Below are positions 23,786-24,480 of a DNA stretch of 24,480 nucleotides, piece by piece. The first letter of the stretch is position 1. Each line of letters opens with the position of its first letter. This DNA comes from a virus. The notes beneath the pieces are model-generated. The model was given only the letters and a program-made list of their open reading frames with translations. It had not been told where the DNA came from and ran no database searches. The stretch covers positions 1 through 24,480 of IMG/VR virus record IMGVR_UViG_3300031760_004528, one strand, 5' to 3'. The position numbers were made by a program, and so were the translations under genes.

Positions 23786-24480
23786 CTAATTCTCCCAATC
23801 AATATCAATTACTTGTTGTTTTGCATTTAAATACTCTAAAAAGACTTGTGATGGTTTATCCCATTCATTTGCCTTTTTCATATAAGGTATTAATACTGTT
23901 TCGCTACTTGCATTTAAGGTAGTGAGTGTAAATGGTTCTTGGTATGGTCTTGCAATGCACAATCCCCAACTATCTTTATCGTTGTAGATGTTTGCAAAGT
24001 AAGTATCGGCGAATTGCACTTCAACTTGCTCTGCAAAGAGTCTGCTTGTATCAACATCGTGATTAATTATTGCATCACCATCATAATACATCAAGTCTTT
24101 CAAGACAATATCTGTACTGTTTGCTCCAGTAAAGAAGATAACAAAGTCCAAATACTTGACTTCACTTGGGCAGTTAGTAAATGTTGCTCTCACACTATCT
24201 GTTGCAGTAGTATCAACTTCAACTGTTACTGTCTGCTCCCATATACCATACTGTATATTGTCTTTAACTGGAACTGCACCTTTCTCATCGAATCCCCTTG
24301 CCTTGATCTTGATGTTCTCAAATGGGCAATCCAAATAATCAATGCTTAATGTGAAAGTATCATTGACTCTCTCAACATAATGAGAATAACTTGGGAAATT
24401 CAATGCCAAATCAGTATCTTCCTTGTAGATTTGCAAGGCATTGTCATTATCAATATGCAATATTCCAAGTTGAGAATTGG
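23786..24480 (-). CDS. Partial tail-module structural protein (5' end beyond the window)
   Basis: Frame is open to the right edge; beta-rich sequence; adjacent to tail genes. Confidence 0.6.
   Translation of the reverse strand, partial: NSQLGILHIDNDNALQIYKEDTDLALNFPSYSHYVERVNDTFTLSIDYLDCPFENIKIKARGFDEKGAVPVKDNIQYGIWEQTVTVEVDTTATDSVRATFTNCPSEVKYLDFVIFFTGANSTDIVLKDLMYYDGDAIINHDVDTSRLFAEQVEVQFADTYFANIYNDKDSWGLCIARPYQEPFTLTTLNASSETVLIPYMKKANEWDKPSQVFLEYLNAKQQVIDIDWEN

Larger units (their letters stand above)
1..24480 (-). mobile_element. Segment of a temperate tailed archaeal virus/provirus (probable Methanobacteriales host)
   Basis: Modular order tail/adhesin - endolysin - integrase - RHH regulator - replication - DNA modification; co-oriented, tightly overlapping genes; GGTGA-type RBS; TTTATATA boxes; no host housekeeping genes. 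No att site identified, so free virus and provirus cannot be distinguished. Confidence 0.88.

Overview
AT-rich segment of a temperate tailed archaeal virus or provirus, most likely infecting a pseudomurein-walled methanogen (Methanobacteriales, Methanobrevibacter-like). Host inference rests on GGTGA-type ribosome-binding sites, TTTATATA boxes, an AEP-type primase, an ERCC4/XPF nuclease and PeiR-like and transglutaminase-like wall peptidases. Almost all genes are on the minus strand. Right to left: tail/baseplate and adhesin genes with fused candidate wall-lytic domains (24480-17685); a C39 endolysin; a tyrosine recombinase; a divergent ribbon-helix-helix regulator; a ~1.2 kb mostly non-coding, highly structured region (13920-15145); a replication module (SSB-like, P-loop NTPase, AEP-CHC2 primase, ERCC4); and DNA-metabolism/modification and small accessory genes (N4/N6 MTase, dCTP deaminase, metallophosphoesterase, C5 MTase, PAPS-reductase family). 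The most unusual feature is the structured region. It holds four tRNA mimics (acceptor stem plus T-arm, no normal anticodon arm) interleaved with long stem-loops. On the opposite strand, several linkers read as ribosome-binding site + ATG. This suggests a tRNA-punctuated polycistronic small-RNA array. The C5 MTase gene also appears to carry a second, overlapping-frame gene. All family assignments come from motif reading and recall; no searches were run.
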